A stretch of 20,000 nucleotides of DNA from an uncultured virus (IMG/VR IMGVR_UViG_3300035180_002914) (Duplodnaviria > Heunggongvirae > Uroviricota > Caudoviricetes), in IMG/VR virus record IMGVR_UViG_3300035180_002914; one strand, written 5' to 3'. Positions 1 through 8,438 of the stretch are shown here, piece after piece. Both the position numbers and the translations under genes were made by a program. The notes under the pieces are model-generated. The model did not search any database and had not been told where the DNA came from. It saw only the letters and a list, made by a program, of their open reading frames with translations. Position 1 is the first letter of the stretch, and each line of letters opens with the position of its first letter.

Positions 1-811
1 TCGTTTGAAAAAGAAATGGAACAGGTATCTATCGACAATTTAAATGAAGAAAATTGTATAGGTATAGATATGAATGTTTATAACTTTGCTATATCAAGTG
101 AAATAGATTTTCTCTTTGAACCGATATCAAACTTAGTATCGGTTGAATCAGGAAATTTCATTAACAATGGTTCTTCTAATCGTAAGATACTATCGGAAAA
201 GGATGTAATAAGGCGTCTTAAACGAAAGCAATCAAGAAGAATTCTTGTAAGTAAAAAATCAAAAACCAAATTAGGGAGTAATTATAAAAAGACACAGAAA
301 AAACTGAATAAACTACATAAGAAAATAACTAATAAAAGGAACGGATCTATATCATCAAATCTCCTCCAGATTAACAAACAAATTTGATTTGATAGTAGTT
401 GAAGACTTAAAGCTGAAAAATATGACTAAATCTGCTAAAGGAAATGAAGTCAAACAAGGAAAAAATGTTAAACAAAAAGCAGGTTTAAATAAATCAATTT
501 TAGGCGCTTCATTCTATCAGTTTACTTCTATACTTTCTTATAAGCAGTCGCTTAATGGCAAATTGTTTGTAAAAGTAGATCCATCATATACTTCTATTAC
601 TTGTTTAAACTGTGGTAATATAGACAAAGCTAACAGACCAAAACAAGATAAATTTGTATGTACAGCTTGTGGTCATCAAACAAATCCAGATTTCCAGGCA
701 TCTGTACATATACTGTATAGAGGTATGAAGTCGTTTGGGCTAGGAACTAGCCTTGTGGACTTATATAAACACAAAGCCTTTCGCTCAGCTTCGCTGGAAG
801 CTGCTAGTTAG
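1..811 (+). pseudogene. tnpB: IS200/IS605-family TnpB RNA-guided endonuclease, 5'-truncated by the window edge and carrying a +1 frameshift near 339-341
   Basis: RuvC-I 'CIGIDMN' lies in frame 1. RuvC-II 'IVVEDL', the Zn finger 'CLNC...CTAC' and RuvC-III 'NPDFQAS' lie in frame 2. Removing one base at AGGAACG joins them as ...KKITNKR-TDLYHQISSRLTNKFDLIVVEDL. Frame 1 is open from base 1. Confidence 0.9.
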
Positions 812-843
812 GAAGCTTCGCCGTAAACGGCGAAGCGGTTCAC
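1..843 (+). mobile_element. IS200/IS605-family element, right part, ending at TTCAC (839-843)
   Basis: tnpB is followed by the subterminal hairpin GCTTCGCCG-TAAA-CGGCGAAGC (815-836), with GAAG at its 5' base and terminal TCAC. This fits the IS608-type GR/CR pairing logic. An open phage-like reading frame resumes at 844. Confidence 0.85.
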
Positions 844-860
844 GAGAAATGGCACGGTGA
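729..860 (+). ncRNA. Predicted TnpB omegaRNA (reRNA): scaffold about 729-843 plus a guide taken from flanking DNA (about 844-860)
   Basis: It overlaps the tnpB 3' end and the right end, as is established for TnpB. Hairpins are GGCTAG-GAA-CTAGCC (738-752) and 815-836. The 5' boundary is suggested by the homologous copy at 19979-20000. Confidence 0.7.
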
Positions 861-1020
861 AAAGGGCTTCCAATTTGAAGATATATTTAAACCAGATCCA
901 AAAAGTGAAGAATATATGGCATCTTTGAAACAGGCTTGGGAAAAAGATGCTCAAGACAGAAAATTAGCAGAAAAAAGACTTTTCAAACTACTAACCAGAT
1001 ACAGGAATTGGTGGGATTGA
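844..1020 (+). pseudogene. 3' remnant (58 codons plus stop) of a gene interrupted by the IS
   Basis: The open frame starts exactly at the IS end: EKWHGEKGFQFEDIFKPDPKSEEYMASLKQAWEKDAQDRKLAEKRLFKLLTRYRNWWD*. There is no start codon or RBS at its 5' end. Confidence 0.7.
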
Positions 1021-1073
1021 AAATAAACACGGAAAAATGAAATATGAAACTTGAAAAGGAAGGGATAAAATAA

Positions 1074-1376
1074 TTATCCCTTTAAACAAGGAAGACTCTT
1101 CAAGAATCTTCTAAAATCTGGATCTTTGAGATCCAGCTCTCTTCCAATTATCTTTTCTATTTCTTTAATCCAATCTTTCGAAAGACTAATTTCATAGAGT
1201 TTATCATTATGTGTAAGTTCTATTTTGCCTTTATCAAGTAGTCTTAAATTATAAAGAAGAATGTCATCTTTACTTCCGCCATTTCCGTCGTCGGTAATAT
1301 CGAGCGCTCTATGATTATGATTAGAAATGTCTTTGTATCTTTCGTTGGTTAAAAGAAATTCTTTAAATTTTTTCAT
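1074..1376 (-). CDS. Hypothetical protein, possibly a late or head-internal protein
   Basis: 100-aa ORF with an AGGA RBS. The N-terminus MKKFKEFL resembles T4-like capsid-targeting sequences. AATAAATA lies upstream on the minus strand (1406-1413). Confidence 0.65.
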   Translation of the reverse strand: MKKFKEFLLTNERYKDISNHNHRALDITDDGNGGSKDDILLYNLRLLDKGKIELTHNDKLYEISLSKDWIKEIEKIIGRELDLKDPDFRRFLKSLPCLKG

Positions 1377-1390
1377 TTTGTTTCCTGAAT

Positions 1391-1423
1391 TTAAGGTAAT
1401 TTTAATATTTATTTAGATATAAT
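1391..1423 (+). promoter_or_regulatory. Host sigma70-type (early) promoter
   Basis: TTTAAG, an AT-rich periodic spacer and TATAAT (1418-1423) lie upstream of an AAGGAG RBS. The same pattern occurs before 4360, 4731 and 6560, and in weaker form before 6975. Confidence 0.55.
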
Positions 1424-1453
1424 AATAAAAATCAAAATAAAGGAGTTATTTAA

Positions 1454-1672
1454 ATGACTGAAGCAGAAAAAAAGGAAATTCAAGTTTTAAAAGAAAAGGT
1501 AAAAATGCTTGAAAGAAGAATTCAAATACTAGAAGAGTGTCAATATCAACAAATTGGAAGACAAACATATATAAGCAAGTTTTTAGAAACAACCCCGAAT
1601 CCTGGTCCAGGCGACTATCCGTGGCCACTTCAAGTTACGTGTTCGACATCCGAAGAAACAAAAGGAAGTTAG
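1454..1672 (+). CDS. Hypothetical small coiled-coil protein
   Basis: 72 aa, strong AAGGAG RBS, promoter upstream. Confidence 0.7.
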   Translation: MTEAEKKEIQVLKEKVKMLERRIQILEECQYQQIGRQTYISKFLETTPNPGPGDYPWPLQVTCSTSEETKGS

Positions 1673-1814
1673 AGACAAGGGACTTTGGATATTTGTTAAG
1701 AGGCTTGTCTAAGAAGCTTTTCAAATATTTAAACTTTTTCAAAGTAAAATTTTAATACTCATTGAGAGCGAGAGTATAAACGACTTTCAAATTTTTAACT
1801 TTACAGGAGCATTT

Positions 1815-3368
1815 ATGTTCAAAATCAATCCAGTTCTAGCAATAGATTCATACAAACTCGGTCATATGTCAATGTACCCAGAAGGTACGACAAAAGTTTA
1901 CTGCAACTTCACTGCAAGAAGTTTTAAACACGCAAGAGGTCTTTTCCCAGACGAACTTCCGTTCTTCAACAACAAAGCTGTTGTATTCGGCATTTCTGCT
2001 GCGTTTCAAGAAATAAACGAGGCGTTTCAAGAAAACTTTTTCAATAGAGACATTAATGATGTACTCAAAGAATTTGATACAGCTACTCGACCATTCATTG
2101 GCGACAACGACAATACGCAGTTGTTGAAAAATATAGAAAACCTGCATAAACTAGGTTATCTTCCGCTTCAAGTAAAAAGTCTTCCGGAAGGCTCTCAAGT
2201 AAAAGAGAATATTCCAATGATGACTATCACTAATACGCATCCAGATTTTGCGTGGCTTCCAAACTATCTTGAAACATTCATTTCAAGCCAAATTTGGAAA
2301 TTGAGTACGGCGGCGACGATAGCTAAAGTGTATAAAAACATTTTTGACTACTTCGCTGATAAAACTGGAACACCTAGAGATTTTACTCTATTTCAAGGAC
2401 ACGATTTTTCAAGTAGAGGTATGAGTGGTTTTGCTGATGCCGCAAGAACAGGTAGTGCGCATCTTACTTCATTTATTGGTACAGATAGTGTGGCTTCAGT
2501 AGAATATGTAAAAAAATACTATAAAGCAAGCGGTCTGATAGGAGCAAGCGTACCCGCCTCGGAGCACAGTGTACTTTGTATGGGAGGAAAAGATACTGAA
2601 ATCGAAACTTTCAGAAGAATTCTTAAAAAATACCCAAATGGCGTCGTTTCGATAGTTTCTGATACTTGGGACTATTGGAATACAATTACTAATATAGCGA
2701 AAGAACTAAAAGAAGAAATTCTCGCTAGAGGTAAAGACAGTCTTGGACTATGTAAAACTGTATTTAGACCTGACTCTGGCGATCCAGTAGATGTTATCTG
2801 TGGGACTAAAAAATATAAAATTGGTAGTATCGACGGACATATAACAACTGATAATATGCCAGAAAATTGGCTTAGATTTGTTTCACCAGAAGAAAAAGGT
2901 TCTATTCACTGCCTTTATAACATATTCGGCGGAACAAAAACCTCAACTGGACACATTCAACTTGATGAACACGTGGGTCTAATCTATGGTGATAGTATCA
3001 CTCCAAATAGAGCGTACAGTATTCTGAAAAAACTTGACGAAAAAGGTTTCGCTAGTGGTAATGTCGTTCTTGGTATAGGTTCTTACACATATCAATTTAT
3101 GACGAGAGACACTCTTGGTTTTGCTATGAAGGCGACTTACGGCGAAATTAACGGAGTTCCTACACCGATTTTCAAAGAGCCGAAAACAGATGCAGGTAAA
3201 AAATCAGCGAAAGGTCTTCTAAGAGTTGATAAAATCGGTGGCGAATATGTTCTTGTCGAAAATCTTACTTCTGACGAAGGCGGAGAACTTAAAGTGATTT
3301 TCAAAGACGGTAATTTTGAAAATCTTCCGGCATTTGATGAAATAAGAGAAAGGCTTGCGAATGCTTAA
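1815..3368 (+). CDS. nadV: Nicotinamide phosphoribosyltransferase (Nampt/NadV) homolog; probable Namat of the phage NARP1 pathway
   Basis: Motifs DSYKLGH, HDFSSRG, SVPASEHS, SIVSDTWD, RPDSGDP, LIYGDSIT, TRDTLGFAMKAT and KKSAKG; CAGGAG RBS. Confidence 0.93.
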   Translation: MFKINPVLAIDSYKLGHMSMYPEGTTKVYCNFTARSFKHARGLFPDELPFFNNKAVVFGISAAFQEINEAFQENFFNRDINDVLKEFDTATRPFIGDNDNTQLLKNIENLHKLGYLPLQVKSLPEGSQVKENIPMMTITNTHPDFAWLPNYLETFISSQIWKLSTAATIAKVYKNIFDYFADKTGTPRDFTLFQGHDFSSRGMSGFADAARTGSAHLTSFIGTDSVASVEYVKKYYKASGLIGASVPASEHSVLCMGGKDTEIETFRRILKKYPNGVVSIVSDTWDYWNTITNIAKELKEEILARGKDSLGLCKTVFRPDSGDPVDVICGTKKYKIGSIDGHITTDNMPENWLRFVSPEEKGSIHCLYNIFGGTKTSTGHIQLDEHVGLIYGDSITPNRAYSILKKLDEKGFASGNVVLGIGSYTYQFMTRDTLGFAMKATYGEINGVPTPIFKEPKTDAGKKSAKGLLRVDKIGGEYVLVENLTSDEGGELKVIFKDGNFENLPAFDEIRERLANA

Positions 3369-4260
3369 TCTTAGACTATTTGCCGTGGAAGAAAACAACG
3401 GAGTAAAACAAATTGATATCAAGTTCTCCACATTTCCTGCTGGAGAAAGGTATGTTTGTCTAGATATGGAAGATTTTAAACCAGAAAAACAAAGAACAGA
3501 ATTTGTTATTTGCTTACTTTCGGCTTCTTCGGTAGCCGTTATGGACTCTCTTCTTGTGGCTAATGCTGTCAGAGAGAATTCTTTTGTAAAGGTAAACATA
3601 ACTCTTGACGCTTCGTATCTTCCATATAGTAGACAGGACAGAGTCTGTAAGGCAGGCGAATCGAATTCTCTTAAAGTGTTTGGTAAGCTTATTGAAACTC
3701 AATTCGATAGAGTAGTTACTAAGGATGTCCATAATCGTTCGGCGTTCGAACAAGCCTTCTCGAATTTTAACGGTTTTGCGCTAAACTATAATGTAGATTT
3801 TAAAAATGACAATTTCATTGAGGCGAAAACCGAAAAAATAAAAAATATTTTCTTTCCGAACGATGGTGAAAAAGTCGTAGTTGTTTCTCCAGATAAAGGC
3901 GCTATAACAAGAGCGACTAGCGCCTCTCAACAACTTGGGCTTGGAGATGATATCGTTGTTTTCGATAAAGTTAGAAATGGTTCATCTGTATCAACAGTTA
4001 TTCGTAATGAATCTATCGAACTTTTGAAATCTGCCAAAACTGTGGTTGTAGTGGATGATATATGCGACGGCGGTCGAACTTTTATATCGCTAGCAGAAGA
4101 GATGAAAGCTTATAACGAAAAAGCGAAATTCGTTTTGATCGTTTCTCACGGAATATTCAGCGCAGGCTTGGACTGTCTTTATGCTTCTTATAGTGAAGTT
4201 TTCTGTCTTTATAACCAATACAATCTTGAAAGACTCCAAAAACTTAAAGAGGGAGAGTAA
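3361..4260 (+). CDS. prs: Ribose-phosphate pyrophosphokinase (PRS) homolog; probable Adps (ADPR-PP synthetase) of NARP1
   Basis: Motifs FPAGE, YLPYSRQDR, DVH, VSPDKGA, VVDDICDGGRTF and SHGIFS. The ATG at 3361 overlaps the end of the Nampt gene. Confidence 0.9.
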   Translation: MLNLRLFAVEENNGVKQIDIKFSTFPAGERYVCLDMEDFKPEKQRTEFVICLLSASSVAVMDSLLVANAVRENSFVKVNITLDASYLPYSRQDRVCKAGESNSLKVFGKLIETQFDRVVTKDVHNRSAFEQAFSNFNGFALNYNVDFKNDNFIEAKTEKIKNIFFPNDGEKVVVVSPDKGAITRATSASQQLGLGDDIVVFDKVRNGSSVSTVIRNESIELLKSAKTVVVVDDICDGGRTFISLAEEMKAYNEKAKFVLIVSHGIFSAGLDCLYASYSEVFCLYNQYNLERLQKLKEGE

Positions 4261-4271
4261 ATCTCTCCTTC
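4249..4271 (+). terminator. Stem-loop at the end of the NAD operon
   Basis: GAGGGAGAG-TAAAT-CTCTCCTTC spans the stop codon; the U-tract is weak. Confidence 0.5.
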
Positions 4272-4359
4272 TCAAATCTTGTATTTACGACGATTTAAAC
4301 TTCGTTTAAGAAATTTTTAGTTATAATTCTAAATCTTAAAAGTCGAGAAAGGACTCAAA

Positions 4360-4545
4360 ATGGCAAGAAATCTAAATATAAATGTGAGATGTAGAATAGC
4401 GCTCGGAAAGCTTAAAAGGCATTTTGGCAATTCAATCCCGACTGAGGCTGAGCTTTCTGAAGTAGCTAGAGAATTTTGTATTAGATACAATCTGCCTGCC
4501 GTTTTTATTGTTTACGCATTTTCTTCAATCGAACACAAAGGTTAA
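4360..4545 (+). CDS. Hypothetical protein
   Basis: 61 aa, AAAGGA RBS, TTTAAG...TATAAT promoter at about 4305-4327. Confidence 0.65.
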   Translation: MARNLNINVRCRIALGKLKRHFGNSIPTEAELSEVAREFCIRYNLPAVFIVYAFSSIEHKG

Positions 4546-4659
4546 ATGTTGGAAATAAACCTGACGAATTATATCAAAAAATTTGTATGTTGTTAAAGAA
4601 GAAATTCAATTTAAGTTTACATTAAACTGAAATCGGATAAAATAATAGAAAAGTTTGAA

Positions 4660-4713
4660 ACGAGGAGACTTTAAGAGTCTCTTCCATCCAGACTTTATGT
4701 CTAAAATCATCGT
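4660..4713 (+). ncRNA. Candidate structured RNA or leader upstream of Ro60 (possibly Y-RNA-like)
   Basis: Hairpins GAGGAGACT-TTAAG-AGTCTCTTC (4662-4684) and AGAC-TTTAT-GTCT (4690-4702), with a possible closing ACGA/TCGT pair. It lies between a -10 TAAAAT (4638-4643) and the RBS. Confidence 0.35.
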
Positions 4714-4730
4714 AAAGGAAAACGAATTAA

Positions 4731-6224
4731 ATGAGCAAATTTAACACAACAGCTAAAGGCAAAAACTCTACTCCGACAGGAGAAAACCTAGCAGGCGGCG
4801 TTTCTTTTGATAGAGATCTTAAATCTGAAGTCGCTTCTGTAGTGCTCAGCTCTATGCTAAACGGTGATCAATACTATATGACAGCAGAAGAAAAAATGTC
4901 GTATATCGATCAACTTGCATCAGAGTGTGCTAAAAACGAAGACACAGCAGTATTCTTCGCTAAAGCTATGGTTTACGCTAGAAATGAAGGTTTCTTGAGA
5001 TCAGTTTCACACCTTATGGCGGTTAATTTAGTAGAAAATGTTAAAGGAAAAGAGTTTGTAAAACCTGCTCTTATTAAAACTTTTATCAGACCAGACGATA
5101 TGACAGAAACTGTTGCTCTGTGGAACTCTAGACATCCTGATGTAATGGTTCCAAACTCTATACAAAGAGCTTGTAAAACTTGCCTTGAAACTAAGTGGGA
5201 CAGGTTTCAATTGAAGAAGTATGAGGGCAAATCGAAAAAAGTAAAACTAAGAGATATTGTTAAGCTTTCTCACCCAAAAGACCCAAACGGTGCGTTTAAA
5301 CAACTAATAGAAGGAACTCTACCAAAAATAGACACCATAGAAAGAAATGTTGCCGCTGGCGAGTCAGCTTCTGAATCAATGAGCAAACTATTGAGAGAAA
5401 ACAGACTACCGTATATGGCAGCTGTAAAAAACATAAGGAACGCTCTCGAATCTGGTTTGTCAAAAGATGATGTTCTTAAATTCTGTGAATTGATAGTGAA
5501 TGATAAATTGAGAGCTAAGTCTAAAATAATGCCATTTAGATTTTGGGATGCATATAGACAAGTTGAAATTTCTAGTGGTATCGATAGATTTACAAAAGAA
5601 CACGTAAAAGAAGCTCTTGAAATAGCTTTTATAGCTGCTACAAAAGACCTTAATATTCTGAAAGAAGGTGAAAGAATAGCTCTTTGTCTGGATGAATCTG
5701 GATCTATGGGTCGTATGTATGACAATAAATCACCGTTTTATCACGGAGCTATTTTGACTTGCGCAATTCACGCTAGCGTAGGAGCTAAAAACTCTATTGT
5801 ATACGGCTGGGACACTGGTTGTAGAGAAATATCTATGATAGCGAATTCTCCGTTCGCAACACTGTCTGGAATGGAAGCTAACAGTGGTGGTACATCAGTA
5901 GAAGCTCCTCTTCAAAAAATGATTCAAGATAAAGTATATGTTGATAAAATTTTGATTTTTACAGACGAACAGTTTTTGTCAGCAAGAGGTTGTAAGAATA
6001 AAAAATTTGATTCAGTTCTAAATGAGTACAAATCTAAAATTAACAAGGATGTACAAGTTATATTTTGGAATTTAGCTGGATATTCTGGAGGAGCACCATA
6101 TAATACCTTTAATGGTAATATATCAGAAATCTCAGGTTATTCTGATAGAATTCTATCTGTTCTTGGAAACCTTTGGGGAGACAAAAGTGCTCTTGTAAGA
6201 GAAATTGAAAAAGTTGAGCTTTGA
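4731..6224 (+). CDS. Ro60/Rsr-like TROVE plus vWA domain RNA-binding protein
   Basis: N-terminal 'ENLAGG', 'YARNEGFLRS', 'RPDDMTE', 'KLRDIVKLSHPK', 'LPYMAAVKNIRN' and 'IMPFRF'; vWA MIDAS 'LDESGSM', 'GGT', 'FTDEQ' and 'FWNL'. Confidence 0.92.
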   Translation: MSKFNTTAKGKNSTPTGENLAGGVSFDRDLKSEVASVVLSSMLNGDQYYMTAEEKMSYIDQLASECAKNEDTAVFFAKAMVYARNEGFLRSVSHLMAVNLVENVKGKEFVKPALIKTFIRPDDMTETVALWNSRHPDVMVPNSIQRACKTCLETKWDRFQLKKYEGKSKKVKLRDIVKLSHPKDPNGAFKQLIEGTLPKIDTIERNVAAGESASESMSKLLRENRLPYMAAVKNIRNALESGLSKDDVLKFCELIVNDKLRAKSKIMPFRFWDAYRQVEISSGIDRFTKEHVKEALEIAFIAATKDLNILKEGERIALCLDESGSMGRMYDNKSPFYHGAILTCAIHASVGAKNSIVYGWDTGCREISMIANSPFATLSGMEANSGGTSVEAPLQKMIQDKVYVDKILIFTDEQFLSARGCKNKKFDSVLNEYKSKINKDVQVIFWNLAGYSGGAPYNTFNGNISEISGYSDRILSVLGNLWGDKSALVREIEKVEL

Positions 6225-6238
6225 TGAGGCTCAACTTT
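6210..6238 (+). terminator. Stem-loop after Ro60
   Basis: AAAGTTGAGC-N9-GCTCAACTTT, a 10-bp stem spanning the stop codon. Confidence 0.55.
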
Positions 6239-6253
6239 CTGAAAGGAATGTGA

Positions 6254-6448
6254 ATGGAATTAATGTTAGATATTACTTTGGTGATAGTGTTTATTTTATA
6301 TTTTTTTGTAAGATATAAGCTGAAAGAGAAAGAAATAAGAAAGGAAATTTTCGAGTCTCTCTATAAAGGCTACGAAAAACAAAGTTCTCTAGTCAATTTT
6401 GTGAAACTTTTTACTCAAAGAATTACAATATCTTTTAAAAGAAGTTGA
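6254..6448 (+). CDS. Small single-pass membrane protein
   Basis: 64 aa, N-terminal hydrophobic helix followed by basic residues; AAGGA RBS. Confidence 0.6.
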   Translation: MELMLDITLVIVFILYFFVRYKLKEKEIRKEIFESLYKGYEKQSSLVNFVKLFTQRITISFKRS

Positions 6449-6559
6449 AACTAACATTTTCTTTTGACTTTGAAATGCTTGTGAAAAATTTTAAAAATTT
6501 AAGATAATTTTAAGATTTAATACAATATAATTTTAATAAGAAAAATGAAGGAGAAAGAA

Positions 6560-6928
6560 ATGGAAATGGAAAAAGTTTTAACTAACGCTATGGAAGCTTA
6601 TAAAGCAGAAGATTATAAAACAGCTCTTGAATTATTCACACAAGCTTCTGAAATGGGAAGTGCTAGAGCTTGTTTTTTACTTGGTCTAATGTATGGTTGG
6701 GGAATAGGTGTTCAAGAAAACAATGTGAAAAGAGTTGAGCTATTCGAAAAAGCTTGTGATTTGGGATGTGGAGAGGCGTGTTATAGGCTTGGTTTTATGT
6801 ATGAATGGGGGATGGGTAATATCGAACAAAACTTTTCTAAAGCGTCAGAGCTGTATGAAAAAGCTTGTAATTTAGGATATAAAGAAAATGATTTTAGCGA
6901 AGAAACAAAAAGATTTTTAAATATTTAA
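6560..6928 (+). CDS. Sel1-like repeat (SLR) protein 1, Hcp-like Cys-rich
   Basis: Repeats 'KACDLG..EAC.RLG.MY..G.G..Q'. The start was moved from 6545 to 6560 because AAGGAG precedes it. Confidence 0.88.
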   Translation: MEMEKVLTNAMEAYKAEDYKTALELFTQASEMGSARACFLLGLMYGWGIGVQENNVKRVELFEKACDLGCGEACYRLGFMYEWGMGNIEQNFSKASELYEKACNLGYKENDFSEETKRFLNI

Positions 6929-6974
6929 TTTTTAAAATAGAATACGTTATAATTATATTGAAAGGGAGAAAAAA

Positions 6975-7664
6975 ATGGAAATAACACTAGAAAATGGTTT
7001 GAAAGCTTATGAAGAAGGAGATTATAAAACTGCCTTTGAATTGTTTACAATGGCTTTTGAAAGCGGAAGTCCTGAAGGTTGTAATTATCTTGGTATTATG
7101 TATGACAATGGAGAGGGTATTGAACAAGACAAATCTAAAGCAGCCGAGTTTTTTGGAAAAGCTTGTGAACTAGGTGATGCTTCAGGATGTTATAACCTTG
7201 GACTAATGTATGAAATTGGAGAAAGTGTAGAACAAGACTACTCTAAAGCAGTAGAGCTATATACAAAAGCATGTGAACTTGGAAATTCATACGGTTGTAA
7301 TAACCTTGGAGTTTTGTATGAGTATGGTAAAGGTGTTCAAAAAGATATTAATAAGGCTGTAGAACTGTATATAAAGGCTTGTGATCTTGGAAATGCTAAA
7401 GGATATTTTAACCTTGGACTTATGTGTGCTAGTGGAGAAGGTGTAGAACAAGACTATTTAAAAGCGGCTGAGTTGTTCGCAAAAGCTTGTGAACTTGGAA
7501 TTGCTGAAGGTTGTAATAATCTTGGCGTAATGTTTGCTAATGGATTAGGTGTTGAACAAGACTACAATAAAGCTGGAGAGCTATTTAAAATGGCTTATGA
7601 GATGGGACACGAAAAAGGTCTTGAATCATACAATGAACTAAAAGAAAATGATTTTATTAAGTAA
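6975..7664 (+). CDS. Sel1-like repeat protein 2
   Basis: About five 36-aa repeats 'GC.NLG.MY..G.GVEQD..KA.E...KAC.LG'; AAGGGAG RBS. Confidence 0.92.
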   Translation: MEITLENGLKAYEEGDYKTAFELFTMAFESGSPEGCNYLGIMYDNGEGIEQDKSKAAEFFGKACELGDASGCYNLGLMYEIGESVEQDYSKAVELYTKACELGNSYGCNNLGVLYEYGKGVQKDINKAVELYIKACDLGNAKGYFNLGLMCASGEGVEQDYLKAAELFAKACELGIAEGCNNLGVMFANGLGVEQDYNKAGELFKMAYEMGHEKGLESYNELKENDFIK

Positions 7665-7687
7665 TAATTAAATTAAAAGGAGATACA

Positions 7688-8395
7688 ATGGAAGACATTT
7701 TTTTATTTTTGATAACAAACGGGTCGAAAATCTGCGAAGACGAAAATGATTTCAAAGAAGTAGCGGAAACATTAACAAAAGCTTGTGATAAAGGAAATGC
7801 TAAAGCGTGTTTCAATCTTGGAATTATGTTTGAATACGGAAAAGGTGTTCAAAAAGACATTCCTAAAGCCATAGAGTTATATACAAAAGCTTCTGAAAAT
7901 GGTAACGTCGAAGCGTGTTTTAGACTAGGAACTATGTATGAAAAAGGTCGATATGTCGAAAAAGATTTTCTTAAAGCGGTAGAACTGTATAAAAAGGCTT
8001 GTGATGGCGGATATGCTCCTGGATGTATCAACCTTGGAGATATGTATCGCTACGGAAAAGGTGTTCAAAAAGACATTTCTAAAACAATAGAACTGTTGGA
8101 AAAATGCTGCGATTTGGGATATGATGACGGATTTTATAGTCTTGGATTTAAGTATTTATATGGGAAAGGCGTTAAACAAGACTACTCGAAAGCTGTAGAG
8201 CTATTCACTAAAGCTTGTGATTTAGGAAGCGCAGGTGCGTGTCTTAAACTTGGCGAAATGTATGAGTGGGGAATGGGAAGCATTGAACAAGACTTATTAA
8301 AAGCTGTCGAGTTTTACAAGAAAGCTTGTGATTTGAATGATCCGTATGGTTGTGATCGCTATTCGGTTTTGATGAAAAATATTTTAGGTAAATGA
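7688..8395 (+). CDS. Sel1-like repeat protein 3
   Basis: About five SLRs; AAGGAG RBS. Confidence 0.92.
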   Translation: MEDIFLFLITNGSKICEDENDFKEVAETLTKACDKGNAKACFNLGIMFEYGKGVQKDIPKAIELYTKASENGNVEACFRLGTMYEKGRYVEKDFLKAVELYKKACDGGYAPGCINLGDMYRYGKGVQKDISKTIELLEKCCDLGYDDGFYSLGFKYLYGKGVKQDYSKAVELFTKACDLGSAGACLKLGEMYEWGMGSIEQDLLKAVEFYKKACDLNDPYGCDRYSVLMKNILGK

Positions 8396-8438
8396 TTCTG
8401 GAAACCAGAAATCTTTACAATAAAATGAAGGAAAAGGT

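Noticed and set aside
1537..1755. Alternative plus-strand 72-aa ORF
   Set aside because: It overlaps the RBS-supported 1454-1672 gene in another frame and has no RBS of its own.
78..5725. Antisense ORFs 78-269, 1446-1628, 1869-2147, 3219-3599, 3514-3753, 4090-4275, 5028-5210 and 5270-5725
   Set aside because: Shadow frames opposite well-supported genes, with no recognisable motifs.
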